Positions 18,882-28,674 of a stretch of 36,413 nucleotides of DNA are shown here, piece after piece. The notes beneath the pieces were generated by a model. That model saw nothing but the letters and a program-made list of their open reading frames with translations. It ran no database searches and had not been told where the DNA came from. Both the position numbers and the translations under genes were made by a program. Within the stretch, counting starts at the first letter, position 1; the number at the start of each line of letters is the position of its first letter. This stretch comes from a virus. Taxonomy: Duplodnaviria; Caudoviricetes. The DNA is taken from positions 1-36,413 of the IMG/VR virus record IMGVR_UViG_3300032605_000070; one strand, written 5' to 3'.

Positions 18882-19226
18882 TTATACCGCCACCTGTTGT
18901 TGAATTTTAGTGCCTTGAGTGGTAATGATATTAACATCGTAAGTCGGAGTTGTTGACTGTTCTTTTGTAATTTGCAAACTAGCAAAGAATGGAGCAAATT
19001 GCTGCTGCGTTGTCATTACATAAAAATCAGGAAACACTTGCTGAATGACCGCACGTTGTGCCGGGATTCCATAATTTGCATAAAACGGTGATTCACCAAG
19101 ACTTAATTTTAAACATTGGATCAAAGTTGTGGCATATCCATATTCAAAATTACCGTTTGCATCAGATTGGATTTCTACCCAAGTTTGAGTACCATCTTTT
19201 GCAGTCACCCTTCCGTAAGTTCTCAT
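18882..19226 (-). CDS. baseplate protein (gp25/gp46-like)
   Basis: LKLSLGESPFYANYGIP motif; between spike and J-like genes. Confidence 0.65.
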   Translation of the reverse strand: MRTYGRVTAKDGTQTWVEIQSDANGNFEYGYATTLIQCLKLSLGESPFYANYGIPAQRAVIQQVFPDFYVMTTQQQFAPFFASLQITKEQSTTPTYDVNIITTQGTKIQQQVAV

Positions 19227-19236
19227 ACATTAATCC

Positions 19237-19977
19237 TTAAAGTGGTGAAGTCGTATCGACCGTTGATCCACCAGTTTGTACATTTGGAACCGCATGAGTA
19301 TGCGTCGCCAAACTCTTTCCTTCGGCTGTAACATCATTGATGACGTTAATCGGTCCAATAAAGTTAGCCGTCGTGCCATGACCGCCATAATTAGTTTGAC
19401 TAATCGTACCGTTGAGTTGAATTGCGCCATTGAGAGAAATTGAGCTGGCAGTTATGTTTACCGATGATTCGTCAATAGATATATTAGTATCGCCTCTGAC
19501 AATATTGATCCCGGTAGGGGTCAGAGTAATTACAGTATCGCTATTGGTATCGCGCAAAACAACACCATTTGGACCGTAAATCGTTACGGCCTGAGAATCT
19601 ACTTCACTCCAGTTTTTGTTTCCAATCGGGAAAAAAACTAAAGATGTTAAATTGCCCGGATCGCTGAAATCAGCTTTACCCGTTCCCAATCCTGACACGC
19701 CGCGCAAACTTACACTGGCAGCAAAACAAACACCCAAATCGCCCACTTGTATTGGATACCGAATGTATTCAGGCCCAAATAATGGGACGGTAACTTGTGG
19801 CAACGTAATAGTGGACGGAGTAATCAAATCAAAAGCTACGGTCACAATCGGGCCGTTCACCTCGACAACGTGACAAGGCCATGATTGACCAGCTGCTTGC
19901 AATGCGTCATAAATCTTTCGATCTGTGAAAGTATTGATTGACTGTGCAAACGGGATTTTTTGGTCAATATTATCCAT
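19237..19977 (-). CDS. baseplate central spike (gpV/gp138-like)
   Basis: YPIQVGDLG OB-fold-like N-terminus, beta-rich C-terminus, metal-binding apex KSLATHTH. Confidence 0.85.
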   Translation of the reverse strand: MDNIDQKIPFAQSINTFTDRKIYDALQAAGQSWPCHVVEVNGPIVTVAFDLITPSTITLPQVTVPLFGPEYIRYPIQVGDLGVCFAASVSLRGVSGLGTGKADFSDPGNLTSLVFFPIGNKNWSEVDSQAVTIYGPNGVVLRDTNSDTVITLTPTGINIVRGDTNISIDESSVNITASSISLNGAIQLNGTISQTNYGGHGTTANFIGPINVINDVTAEGKSLATHTHAVPNVQTGGSTVDTTSPL

Positions 19978-19979
19978 TG

Positions 19980-21017
19980 TTACGCCGTTGGTAATGTATA
20001 AGCCTGAACAACCGTCACCCAGCTATTTGCATCGGCTTGCCTAAACAAACCAATATGACGCACCATTTGAATATTAAATACGCCTTGAAAATCTGACACA
20101 TTTTTATACTGCGATTGTGACTGAGCTGTAGTTAATATCAAACCCAATATTGATGACAATTCAGGCATTTTGATTTGACCGCCTACTTTCAAGTCATATC
20201 GCATAACCGTTTTAAATGTAAGCGTTTGCGGTCCGATCCAAGTCGGTTGACCAATTAAATCAGTAAATTCTATTTGAATCGGTTCAGCAGTAGCCGGTAC
20301 GGTGTAATCAAAAACATTGATGACATTGTTTTCATACGAAACTTGAATGCCGGGATAATTTGGACTATTTATGATGCTAATACTTCGAGTATTTAAAAAC
20401 TTTGCGAAATCAGTCAAAGTAAAATTTTGGCCAGCAATTTTTTCCGGTGCGACTAATTTGTCACTAATGTTGATATTTATTTCCGAAACATTTGGGAAAA
20501 CAGTTTGTAACGTAGTTTTGATTGCGTCCGATAGCGGGGCATTAGTAGCACAAGTAAAACTAAAATTAAACGGGTTTTGTCTGCTGCCAGCTGGTTGCAG
20601 CATGATGAAATCAAGCGTTTGTGATGTTCCCTGCCAGTTACCAAAGGCTTGTTGAATTCTTGATTTCATCAAGATTCCGTATTGGCTTGGTACTGCCAAA
20701 GGCAATCCCTTCGCCATGCCGCCCGAAATCTCAATATTGCAATACGTTTTTCCATCAGGGCTTGGATTGAAGTTTGCCGCCTGTGCCATTAAAGGCAATC
20801 CAACCCCATAAACACGCAAAAATGCACCGCCCAACGGTGAGTTATAAACAGAAATGGGCAAATCCCATTCGACGTTTAACGCTCCGGGAATTGTCAATAA
20901 ACCAGCAGCGTCGGCTGTGCTGGTGAATGTTCCATTGAAAAGAATCCCGCCATTGAATCCACTTATTTGCTTTGGATTGCCATCTTGGTCGGTAATTTTG
21001 ATTTCATAACGACGCAT
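19980..21017 (-). CDS. baseplate hub protein
   Basis: LIGQPTW and HIGLFRQADANSWVT motifs; TGATG overlap with the upstream gene; gene order. Confidence 0.7.
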   Translation of the reverse strand: MRRYEIKITDQDGNPKQISGFNGGILFNGTFTSTADAAGLLTIPGALNVEWDLPISVYNSPLGGAFLRVYGVGLPLMAQAANFNPSPDGKTYCNIEISGGMAKGLPLAVPSQYGILMKSRIQQAFGNWQGTSQTLDFIMLQPAGSRQNPFNFSFTCATNAPLSDAIKTTLQTVFPNVSEININISDKLVAPEKIAGQNFTLTDFAKFLNTRSISIINSPNYPGIQVSYENNVINVFDYTVPATAEPIQIEFTDLIGQPTWIGPQTLTFKTVMRYDLKVGGQIKMPELSSILGLILTTAQSQSQYKNVSDFQGVFNIQMVRHIGLFRQADANSWVTVVQAYTLPTA

Positions 21018-21418
21018 CAAATCACCTGAAATTGTTGTGTCGGTGCGCGATAAACCAGCTGCGTCGTAAAGTAACCAGCAGTCAATGAAATGTTGTAATT
21101 CAATGGCGAACCAATCAAAGGTAACGCCACAATCAGTTTGTTATTCAAATTGTAAATATTGACGTAATAACGCTCGCCGTAAATGTTCCAATTAATAATC
21201 ACGTTGTAAACCGCACCGTCAAATGTCGCTTGAAAAAGAAAATTTGAATTATTTTTTGGTGTAAATTGAATTACATTACTTTTTACGGCTGTCGAGCTTT
21301 GATTAGTGCTGTAACTTGATGCTGCACCTTGAGTATTGACCAACCCACCCAAAAGCGGTGTAGTAACCGAGTTTGGGTTATTAATCGTACTGCTAAGACT
21401 ACTCCATAAGTCGCTCAT
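21017..21418 (-). CDS. small baseplate/tail protein
   Basis: FQATFDGAVYNVIINWNIYGERYYVNI; position between distal-tail and hub genes. Confidence 0.6.
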   Translation of the reverse strand: MSDLWSSLSSTINNPNSVTTPLLGGLVNTQGAASSYSTNQSSTAVKSNVIQFTPKNNSNFLFQATFDGAVYNVIINWNIYGERYYVNIYNLNNKLIVALPLIGSPLNYNISLTAGYFTTQLVYRAPTQQFQVI

Positions 21419-22017
21419 ACGGGTGTCCCATTATTAAATGCCGACATCAAAGCACCTAGTGTGTTTTGCGGTCCTTGTGATACCAAAGGCTGTATGAAAT
21501 CAAATTGCCAAGCATTTTGCGGCTGCTGACTGTCAGGGCGGGATACATCGATCAGGTTTGCCAAAATACAATTTAAGTAAACGTAAGATGGTGTCGCAAC
21601 AATATATGTGCCGCCAGCTTGATTATGCAAATCAAGAGCATATTTCAATGCCGTAAATGTAATCATCTTTGACACATAGCCGCCATTTGTATTGGCAGGG
21701 CAATTCATCAACATTGAAATTTTTAACGGTTTAGCGATGATTGCGTTAGCAGCGTATTGTTGATTTGCAAATGGATAAGTTGCAATTTCGTTTTCTACCA
21801 ATGAGCCGCCGGGCAATGGCCTGAAATGACCAAAAAAATCATTTAGGTTTAATGGATTATTTCCATTCAACAAAGAAAAACCAAAATTAGCAGCTTCCGT
21901 AATTGCAATAATTGGCAATAAGCTGCCGGGTATATCGGTAGCAATTCCACCCGACAATATGATTGGTGATATTTCATATCCAAGCTGATATACGGCTTGT
22001 CCGATATTTGTAGCCAT
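21415..22017 (-). CDS. distal tail / tail-tube initiator-like protein
   Basis: Directly after tape measure; YPFANQ..AANA and YIVATPSYVY motifs. Confidence 0.6.
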   Translation of the reverse strand: MATNIGQAVYQLGYEISPIILSGGIATDIPGSLLPIIAITEAANFGFSLLNGNNPLNLNDFFGHFRPLPGGSLVENEIATYPFANQQYAANAIIAKPLKISMLMNCPANTNGGYVSKMITFTALKYALDLHNQAGGTYIVATPSYVYLNCILANLIDVSRPDSQQPQNAWQFDFIQPLVSQGPQNTLGALMSAFNNGTPV

Positions 22018-23948
22018 TAAACAACCCCTAAACCTGTATAGTACCCACCAGCAGACAACATATTAATTGTCGTGTCTTGTCCGGGTATCTTAGTCGTTGT
22101 GACATTCAAAGCGATTGGCGTTGGATTCCAATTAAGCATTCCTGTTTTTTGCGGTGCAGCAGATGATCCCGAAGGTGCAGGTGAACCTTTAGTATTACTT
22201 TGCAAATATTTTTGAATTTCTTCAGAAGATGCAGGTGAACCTTTAGTATTACTTTGCAAATATTTTTGAATTTCTTCAGAAGATGCGCTTGGTCCACCTT
22301 TTTCCAACCATGCCATTGCAGCCATAATGTCGGACAAGGTTTTAGGATCAGACATATCAATTTGCTGATTTCTGCCAATACCTGTTTTTTTAGAAATAAA
22401 ATTTATGTACGCTTCAGTATTATTTTCATTAGGAGGCGCCCATGTTTTAATAATTTCTTCAACTGTTTGCAGTTTTTTATATCCAGCAGCAGCCGACGTA
22501 CCAGCGCCGTAGCTTTTTAATTGATTTGCCATCGCGAGGAAACCTTCTTGCTGTGTAGCAAATTTAGCAAATCCTTCTTCACCTTTTACCGCGCCGGGTT
22601 GACCAACAAATCTTAAATTTCCGGGATTGTTATTTCTTTCGGCTAGTGTTGCCGCAGTACTTTGATTTCCCGAAGGATTCCAAAAATATCTAAGCCAGCT
22701 ACCGGACTGATCTTTTTGTTTCTTTTTCAATAATTCAAGTTGATCCGATTCTCCGCCGGGTTTGTAATATTCTCGATTTTCTTCCGTTGTTGATTTGCTT
22801 GGCATAAATTTGCCCACAAATTCTAAAAATCCTTGCATCGTTTCAGCCATAGCCGAAACATTTTCAATAAATTTATCAATTTCTTTTTTGATTTGGTCGC
22901 CGCCTAAATATTCAGCGAATTCTTCAATTTTTTGACCAAAAACATTGATCCATTTTGGTAAATCAGGATTTTTCAAAAATGACGCAACAAGATCAGAAAA
23001 ACTATCAGCTAAATGCCCTAGTGGTTCAGCCAGTGGGGCTAATCCATCAATAAACGTGGTTTTGATTTTTTCTCCAGCTTCATTAATGGTTACGCTAAAT
23101 TCTTGCCATTTTTTTAATGTTGCATCGACAACATCAAAAGATTTCAAATCTCGCTGATATTTTTCTTCAGCGTCTTTTTGCTCTTTTTCCGAAATCTGAG
23201 CCATGCGTCGAGCCGTTTCGACGGTAATTCCCAATACATCCAAGCCTTGTGCTTGCAATCGTTGCTGTGCAGTAGCAGCTGGTCCTTGCTTATAAACTTC
23301 ACCCGCGCGACGCAATAGTTGGGGCAATAGTTCAGCTGCGCTTTGATTCGGATTCAACCGATTTGCACCAAATGCCCATTGTTTTGTAACGTCGGTTTGA
23401 GCAGCTGACAATGATCCGAGCAAAGGATCAACATCGGCATAACGACCATAACCGACGCGAGCTGCGCGAAGTTCTGCGGACGATACGCCTAAACCTTGTG
23501 ACTGGCGGCGCAAATCGCCAATATTAGCCGCGAACGATGTTAGGCCAAACAAACCTCCCGCCCCACCCAATAAACCCGCAGCAAGGCCGATTCCTGACCA
23601 ACGCAGAAGGTTTAAAGTGGTTGACGCTACACTTTTACCAATGTTGGCAGTTGTTTTGCCAATACTCTCAAATGTGCGCTGAGTATCTTTGGCAATTTTG
23701 TTGATTTTTGATTGTTCGGCTGCGACCTTGGTTTGCGCTGCGTAGATGTTATTCATCGCCGTTGCAGCTTGCATCAAGTTTTTAATGGCAGCGTCAAAAC
23801 CTTTTGCGCTTTGTTGGGTTGCCGAACCAACCTTACCCCACTGGCCCGGCATCTTCCCAAGTTGTGACTGATATTTCTGAAAGAGCGCCGCAAATTCTTT
23901 AAATGCTTCGTCGTGGACTTCAATATCAATGACCGATTTTGTTGCCAT
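22017..23948 (-). CDS. tape measure protein with C-terminal lytic-enzyme-like domain
   Basis: Helical Ala/Lys/Gln-rich body with hydrophobic GIGLAAGLLGGAGGLFGL; C-terminal RNNNPGNLR...GFAKF...WAPPNENNTEAY...E. Confidence 0.85.
   Translation of the reverse strand: MATKSVIDIEVHDEAFKEFAALFQKYQSQLGKMPGQWGKVGSATQQSAKGFDAAIKNLMQAATAMNNIYAAQTKVAAEQSKINKIAKDTQRTFESIGKTTANIGKSVASTTLNLLRWSGIGLAAGLLGGAGGLFGLTSFAANIGDLRRQSQGLGVSSAELRAARVGYGRYADVDPLLGSLSAAQTDVTKQWAFGANRLNPNQSAAELLPQLLRRAGEVYKQGPAATAQQRLQAQGLDVLGITVETARRMAQISEKEQKDAEEKYQRDLKSFDVVDATLKKWQEFSVTINEAGEKIKTTFIDGLAPLAEPLGHLADSFSDLVASFLKNPDLPKWINVFGQKIEEFAEYLGGDQIKKEIDKFIENVSAMAETMQGFLEFVGKFMPSKSTTEENREYYKPGGESDQLELLKKKQKDQSGSWLRYFWNPSGNQSTAATLAERNNNPGNLRFVGQPGAVKGEEGFAKFATQQEGFLAMANQLKSYGAGTSAAAGYKKLQTVEEIIKTWAPPNENNTEAYINFISKKTGIGRNQQIDMSDPKTLSDIMAAMAWLEKGGPSASSEEIQKYLQSNTKGSPASSEEIQKYLQSNTKGSPAPSGSSAAPQKTGMLNWNPTPIALNVTTTKIPGQDTTINMLSAGGYYTGLGVV
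22176..22283. repeat. perfect 54-bp direct tandem duplication
   Basis: tgcaggtgaacctttagtattactttgcaaatatttttgaatttcttcagaaga at 22176-22229 and 22230-22283. Confidence 0.95.
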
Positions 23949-24240
23949 ATATTGCTCTTAATAAATGTCTTTGACGAAATTCGTGTGCGCTTGACTTGAA
24001 TTCTATATCAACATCCTCAAAAAACCTCGAAAAACCTTCCCCCGAAATATAGTCTAAACAGGCAGCGACGATGTGATCTCCGTCGCGCCAGTATTCTCTA
24101 CCTCTGTCGATATCTTCAAGGAGTTGATGTATTCCGTAGAATCCAATGATGTTGTGTGCGAACCCCATAATCCGTTGACTGTATCCATGATCCCCTGCAC
24201 TTGTGCCTTTTTGTTCATCATGGACACGCAAGTAAAAAAA
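23926..24240 (-). CDS. putative -1 frameshift extension of the tail assembly chaperone
   Basis: Open -1 frame of ~100 codons starting at a T-run and ending inside the start of the tape measure gene; no evident own RBS. Confidence 0.5.
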   Translation of the reverse strand, partial: FFYLRVHDEQKGTSAGDHGYSQRIMGFAHNIIGFYGIHQLLEDIDRGREYWRDGDHIVAACLDYISGEGFSRFFEDVDIEFKSSAHEFRQRHLLRAIYGNKIGH

Positions 24241-24626
24241 ATCAATTCCCCCTGTATTTCAGCGACGGTTTCCTTATCCAATACTTCTTTGTCAATAGCG
24301 ACCTGAAGCGGGATACTTTGCCATCCCTTTTTACCGGGCATGAATACATTCGATAATCGAATTATTTCATTTACTAAACCATTACCAACGCCGCCCGGAC
24401 CCGTCCACAAACCCATATCTTCGGCTGTTTGCTTTAGCATCAGGTATGCAATTCTAGGCCCAGCAATCGCCCCCAATCCCTGAGAAAAGATTCCGGCAAA
24501 TGTCTTGGAAATAACCAAGAAATATTGCTCAAAAACCTCCCGAGAGATCGGGGTGCTGTGAACGTATATTTGTCCTTTTTCCGATTCAACCGGAATTACC
24601 AAGTTCAAAGCTCGATTGATTTTCAC
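24054..24626 (-). CDS. tail assembly chaperone
   Basis: Between tail tube and tape measure; GTG start with upstream AGGA/GGA. Confidence 0.7.
   Translation of the reverse strand: MKINRALNLVIPVESEKGQIYVHSTPISREVFEQYFLVISKTFAGIFSQGLGAIAGPRIAYLMLKQTAEDMGLWTGPGGVGNGLVNEIIRLSNVFMPGKKGWQSIPLQVAIDKEVLDKETVAEIQGELIFFTCVSMMNKKAQVQGIMDTVNGLWGSHTTSLDSTEYINSLKISTEVENTGATEITSSLPV
24234..24240 (-). other. candidate slippery heptamer T TTT TTT
   Basis: Chaperone frame reads ATT TTT TTT ACT (IFFT); the -1 frame stays open to 23926. Confidence 0.5.
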
Positions 24627-24649
24627 TTTTTCCGTCCTAAAAAGTTAAC

Positions 24650-25099
24650 TTACGAAATTAAATCCCATAGTGAGCTGTTGACGTTGTAGATACCAGCCAA
24701 GGTAACGACAAAGCCGGGCTGAACACCATCAAATGTTACATCCCGAACCCCCTTCAGAATGCAATTGACGAGTGCATAATCACTCAGTGCTGCCGAGTCA
24801 GTAATAATCGAAATGTCACCAACATTGACGTTGGTTTCAATTTGAGTCTTATAGACATCAGCAAGGCTTTGCGATTTCAGCAAATGTAGCGTCACCGTCG
24901 CCATTTGATATGGTTCGGGTGAGGTTACACCACCAGTTAGCGTCGGAATTAACAAACCAGCATCGCCATCAAATGCAATGCTGATTGCTTCCTTCGCCAA
25001 ATAGGGCGCAGTAATGTTTAACGTAGCATTGCTCGCATAGACTACCGAACCGCGTAGCCTATTAAGAGTGCCTTGGTTAATAAGTGGATTTCCAGCCAT
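24650..25099 (-). CDS. tail tube protein
   Basis: 149-aa beta-rich protein immediately after the sheath; AGGAAA RBS. Confidence 0.75.
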   Translation of the reverse strand: MAGNPLINQGTLNRLRGSVVYASNATLNITAPYLAKEAISIAFDGDAGLLIPTLTGGVTSPEPYQMATVTLHLLKSQSLADVYKTQIETNVNVGDISIITDSAALSDYALVNCILKGVRDVTFDGVQPGFVVTLAGIYNVNSSLWDLIS

Positions 25100-25112
25100 G
25101 ATCTATTTTCCT

Positions 25113-26414
25113 TTAAGCGAGAGCGAATGAGCTGACATTCACGTTGAAAACGATCTGAGTGAAGCCGCGAGCTGGTGTGTAAGTGACCGAAAGGCCAGCG
25201 TACTTACCAATTGCATAGTCACTTGGATTGTTGGTCACATAGGTCGTGAATGGAACCGCTTGCACCACTACTGGACCCAACACTAGACCAAATGCAATAC
25301 CGCTATTCATCGTGCCTTGTGACACTTTTTGCAGCGTATTGATACCGGCTTGGTTGTAATACAAAGGATTAATTGGATTGTTCGACCCGTTAATAATCGC
25401 ATTTGAAATGCTGATATTGACGTTAATTTGAACCCAATCTACCGAGTACCAGTAGGTGTAATCGTTGCCGTCACCATTAACACCCCAAAGGATCAAGGTG
25501 TTGCTAATGCCGCCTTCAGCTCCAGTACCAATGTAGTTGCAGTTCGCTGTACGAAGGGCTTGCTGCTGAGTTTGCGTACCGCTGAATGCAGTAACACCAA
25601 CCACATAAGAAAACGCCATTGGCGTGACTTTATTGGTATTGGATGGGTTGTAATTCATGGCAACCCACAACATTGCTGCTGGTGACCATTCTGTTACAGG
25701 TGCATTCACATCTTGACACAGTGCAACAATTGATTTTGTACCAGTGAAATTGGTGTAGTTTCCTAACGATGCTTTTACCCAAAAGTAAACCATCGAAGTT
25801 GTAGCATCCCAATTTTTCGCAAATGGAACAAATGTCGAATCATTGGACATTTCCACTGGCAATGCGTAGGCATAAAACGCATTCATGTTGGCTTGCATAT
25901 AAGTATTAAGCGCTGTAATTCCTTGTGCGCCTGTACCAGTTCCAAGTTCCAATACATAAATAGCATTTGACGTACCTTGAGCAAAGTAAGTCGTTGCCAT
26001 TGCTACCAATTCTTGCGAATCTTCTAAAATAACCGTACCTTGTACCGTAGCCGATCCGGGGTTTGATGCCAGCGCGTAGGTAAAAGTGGTTGTTCCGGTT
26101 GATGTCGCATTGAATGTGCCGTTATATCCGCTTGGTGATACACCAGCAATAATAACGGGAACAATATCAGTAACAGGAATTCCATGTGCGGTTGCGGTCG
26201 TAACCGTCACTACACCAGTATTCCAAGTGATAGAGCTGATCGAAATCGTACCTTTGAGGATCGAAGTTAAATCAGCAAATTGAGTAAGCAAAGCCGTAGT
26301 TCCAGCAGCCAGCGTCGTCGAACCTTGGGACACAAGCGCCCCGGTTCTTTGAAGCTGACTAGGCGCTGGCGCTACGTTTTGCGTTACATTTACAGTAACG
26401 ATTTGAGTTGTCAT
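25113..26414 (-). CDS. contractile tail sheath protein
   Basis: YWYSVDWVQ...NPLYYNQAGINTLQ...YTPARGFTQIVFNVNV C-terminus; AAGGAG RBS; gene order. Confidence 0.8.
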   Translation of the reverse strand: MTTQIVTVNVTQNVAPAPSQLQRTGALVSQGSTTLAAGTTALLTQFADLTSILKGTISISSITWNTGVVTVTTATAHGIPVTDIVPVIIAGVSPSGYNGTFNATSTGTTTFTYALASNPGSATVQGTVILEDSQELVAMATTYFAQGTSNAIYVLELGTGTGAQGITALNTYMQANMNAFYAYALPVEMSNDSTFVPFAKNWDATTSMVYFWVKASLGNYTNFTGTKSIVALCQDVNAPVTEWSPAAMLWVAMNYNPSNTNKVTPMAFSYVVGVTAFSGTQTQQQALRTANCNYIGTGAEGGISNTLILWGVNGDGNDYTYWYSVDWVQINVNISISNAIINGSNNPINPLYYNQAGINTLQKVSQGTMNSGIAFGLVLGPVVVQAVPFTTYVTNNPSDYAIGKYAGLSVTYTPARGFTQIVFNVNVSSFALA

Positions 26415-26428
26415 TATTGACTCCTTAA

Positions 26429-26740
26429 TTACGAGTAGCTAACTGCGAGTGTCTGACCAGTGCCGGGAACAACGGTAATGCCGGTTTGGGTAGGCATATC
26501 TACAGTGAAAACACCAACGGTTTCAGGAATAACAAACAGTTGATTTGCTACCGCAGCTGCACCAGTTGTGATGCAATCATTAACCGAACCAACGGCGCTG
26601 CCAGCAACCAAAACGCTAACTTTTGCTACGCGACCAGCGACAGGTTTGATAACCGTCGCAGTGGTAATGTCCAAAACTGTTTTTGTACCGTTGCCGACGA
26701 TAGCAACATTATTTACTATGGGGAATGACGTAATTGCCAT
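26429..26740 (-). CDS. small beta-rich structural protein
   Basis: 103 aa, AAGGA RBS, Val/Thr-rich, between neck and sheath genes. Confidence 0.65.
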   Translation of the reverse strand: MAITSFPIVNNVAIVGNGTKTVLDITTATVIKPVAGRVAKVSVLVAGSAVGSVNDCITTGAAAVANQLFVIPETVGVFTVDMPTQTGITVVPGTGQTLAVSYS

Positions 26741-26762
26741 GATGATTTCCTTCTATCTGTGT

Positions 26763-27767
26763 TTATGTAGGATAAGGTGCAACGGTAATGTTAATAAATG
26801 CTGATTCAATCAGCTTCCTCGCAATGTCGTTAACGGTTGTCTGATAGTAACTTACATCAAACGTGATCGATTTCTTCATTGCAATAATGCCAAATTCAGG
26901 CTGAGTCATTTTTTCATCCTGAACGATAGGCATATTCTGTACGCCAATATTATCCGTATTCAATGAATAATCAAAGACATATTGAGCGAAATTTAATGCT
27001 TCCTGATTACGAATGCCATAGATCGTAATTTTTACCTTGTCATGCGTGAGCTGATTCGGATTTGAATTTTTATCAAGCAATGGGAATGCCTGAATTGCGT
27101 ATGTATCCGACGGTGAAATATCCACCGACGCATAAGGCGGAGCAATGTTTTGTCCCACCAAATAAGATGGATACATCGGAAAAAATTGGTTCAATGACAA
27201 CCAAATCGGCAAACTATTCGAAACAATAGGGCTGGTTGTGTCAAAGCCGGTCATGGAATCGATTAATTGCGTATCCATGACTGAATACAAGGCATCGCCT
27301 CGATAATGGTACAAATCGGCTTGTTTGTAGAAATTCTCGCGCCGACTAAATGCAAATTTGATCCCATCGCTATTCGTAGCAACATAGATCAAATTGGGAT
27401 TAATTAAATTGAAATCCTGAATCGGCTGCAATGACGTAAAAATCATGTGATTGTATGCAGTCGTTCTATCATCGAGCTGGTGCATTTCAGTCGCATAATG
27501 CAAGGAGCCTTGAGCAACCAGCTGCCGCGCCGGTAGAGAATCTCCGAATTGATCGAATTCTAAGCGGTTGAATTGAGCTGCGTTATAGAGCGCCGAATCC
27601 GTTAGTAATGCAGCATTTACCCAAAATACATAACCATCAAGCGGCAAAATCAATTTCACATACAAAGTGAATGTAATAGTTTGATTCAGCGATAGCGTAT
27701 TAACGCCTTCAGCAAGGCCAGCTCCAAGCTGAGTTTTTGCCCCTGCGGTTTCAGCAACGCTTGCCAT
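26763..27767 (-). CDS. head-closure / tail-completion protein
   Basis: 334-aa ORF in the neck module; TAATG overlap with the upstream gene. Confidence 0.55.
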   Translation of the reverse strand: MASVAETAGAKTQLGAGLAEGVNTLSLNQTITFTLYVKLILPLDGYVFWVNAALLTDSALYNAAQFNRLEFDQFGDSLPARQLVAQGSLHYATEMHQLDDRTTAYNHMIFTSLQPIQDFNLINPNLIYVATNSDGIKFAFSRRENFYKQADLYHYRGDALYSVMDTQLIDSMTGFDTTSPIVSNSLPIWLSLNQFFPMYPSYLVGQNIAPPYASVDISPSDTYAIQAFPLLDKNSNPNQLTHDKVKITIYGIRNQEALNFAQYVFDYSLNTDNIGVQNMPIVQDEKMTQPEFGIIAMKKSITFDVSYYQTTVNDIARKLIESAFINITVAPYPT

Positions 27768-28207
27768 TAGTCAATCCACGCTTTCAAAGATTTTTCGAGT
27801 GTACCGGAATCAATAAATGAAGGGCGGCGCGGTCCATAACTACGCACTAATTGTTTGCCCTTTTTGCCAATCTTTTTCTTTCGAAGGGTTTTACCTTCCA
27901 GCGCGGCCTGAGTTGGTACGCCCGGAATGCCGAGCCTTTCAACCTCTTGCAAAGAAATAAAATCTCTCATTCTTTGGCTGATTTTATCTCCCGCCCCCGC
28001 GAAAGGATTGCTAGAAAATTGTCCGGTAGTCAGGTATGTTTCCATCGCTCCGGCAATATCATTGGCAATGGCATCCGCCATAAACTGTGCGTTGTTGTCA
28101 GCAAAAGCGGAAAATAGGCCGTATTTTTCCTCTAGGATAGTTCCCACCCCAAAAGTCGTGTTACCCAATGGTTCGGGTACATCGATTACGCCTAAGTGAA
28201 TTTTCAA
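27767..28207 (-). CDS. neck / tail-completion protein
   Basis: Probable TTG start at 28207 overlapping the upstream TGA; C-terminal RPSFIDSGTL resembles the 'P.LIDTG.L' motif of neck proteins. Confidence 0.6.
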   Translation of the reverse strand: MKIHLGVIDVPEPLGNTTFGVGTILEEKYGLFSAFADNNAQFMADAIANDIAGAMETYLTTGQFSSNPFAGAGDKISQRMRDFISLQEVERLGIPGVPTQAALEGKTLRKKKIGKKGKQLVRSYGPRRPSFIDSGTLEKSLKAWID

Positions 28208-28662
28208 GTCAACCCCCACAAAGTGCCGATGGTTTGCATCCATGCCAGCGCTTGCCGACCATATGGGTCTTTGAGTCGTTGCAAATCGATCAAGCTCAAA
28301 TTGCTTAATCCCTTGCCGACGGTTAATGATTCGCTAGTGCTTGAATCAGCTGCGCTGTTAATAACGCCAGCCACAAAAGAGTTAATACCATAGCTTGCCC
28401 TTGCCGACGCGAACCAAGTTTGTCCGGCATAATCTTGTTGGAATTGCAACAATTGACTGCCACCCCAATTGTAAACAGTCAGGGTGTAAATATCAGGCGA
28501 CGCAGTACTGAAATCTAACGGGACTAAATCTAAAGCGATTTGAAATGCGTAAGCATAGCCGGGATCGTTATCCGCGAGCGCTACAGTGGGGATTCCCATC
28601 ACCGCCCTTGACCAAGCGATAAAGCCAGTTAATGTCGGAGGGCTAGTGATCGGATCGCTCAT
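28204..28662 (-). CDS. head-tail adaptor (DUF4054-like)
   Basis: GVINSAADSSTS and LKDPYGRQAL motifs; second gene after the capsid. Confidence 0.6.
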   Translation of the reverse strand: MSDPITSPPTLTGFIAWSRAVMGIPTVALADNDPGYAYAFQIALDLVPLDFSTASPDIYTLTVYNWGGSQLLQFQQDYAGQTWFASARASYGINSFVAGVINSAADSSTSESLTVGKGLSNLSLIDLQRLKDPYGRQALAWMQTIGTLWGLT

Positions 28663-28674
28663 AGTTTTACACTT

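Noticed and set aside
21280-21430. Possible frameshift joining the distal-tail gene to the Ser/Thr-rich N-terminus of the next ORF
   Set aside because: Junction is an ordinary ATGA overlap with no slippery sequence; cannot be supported without homolog alignments
22176-22283. CRISPR-like repeat
   Set aside because: Two adjacent copies without a spacer, in frame within a CDS
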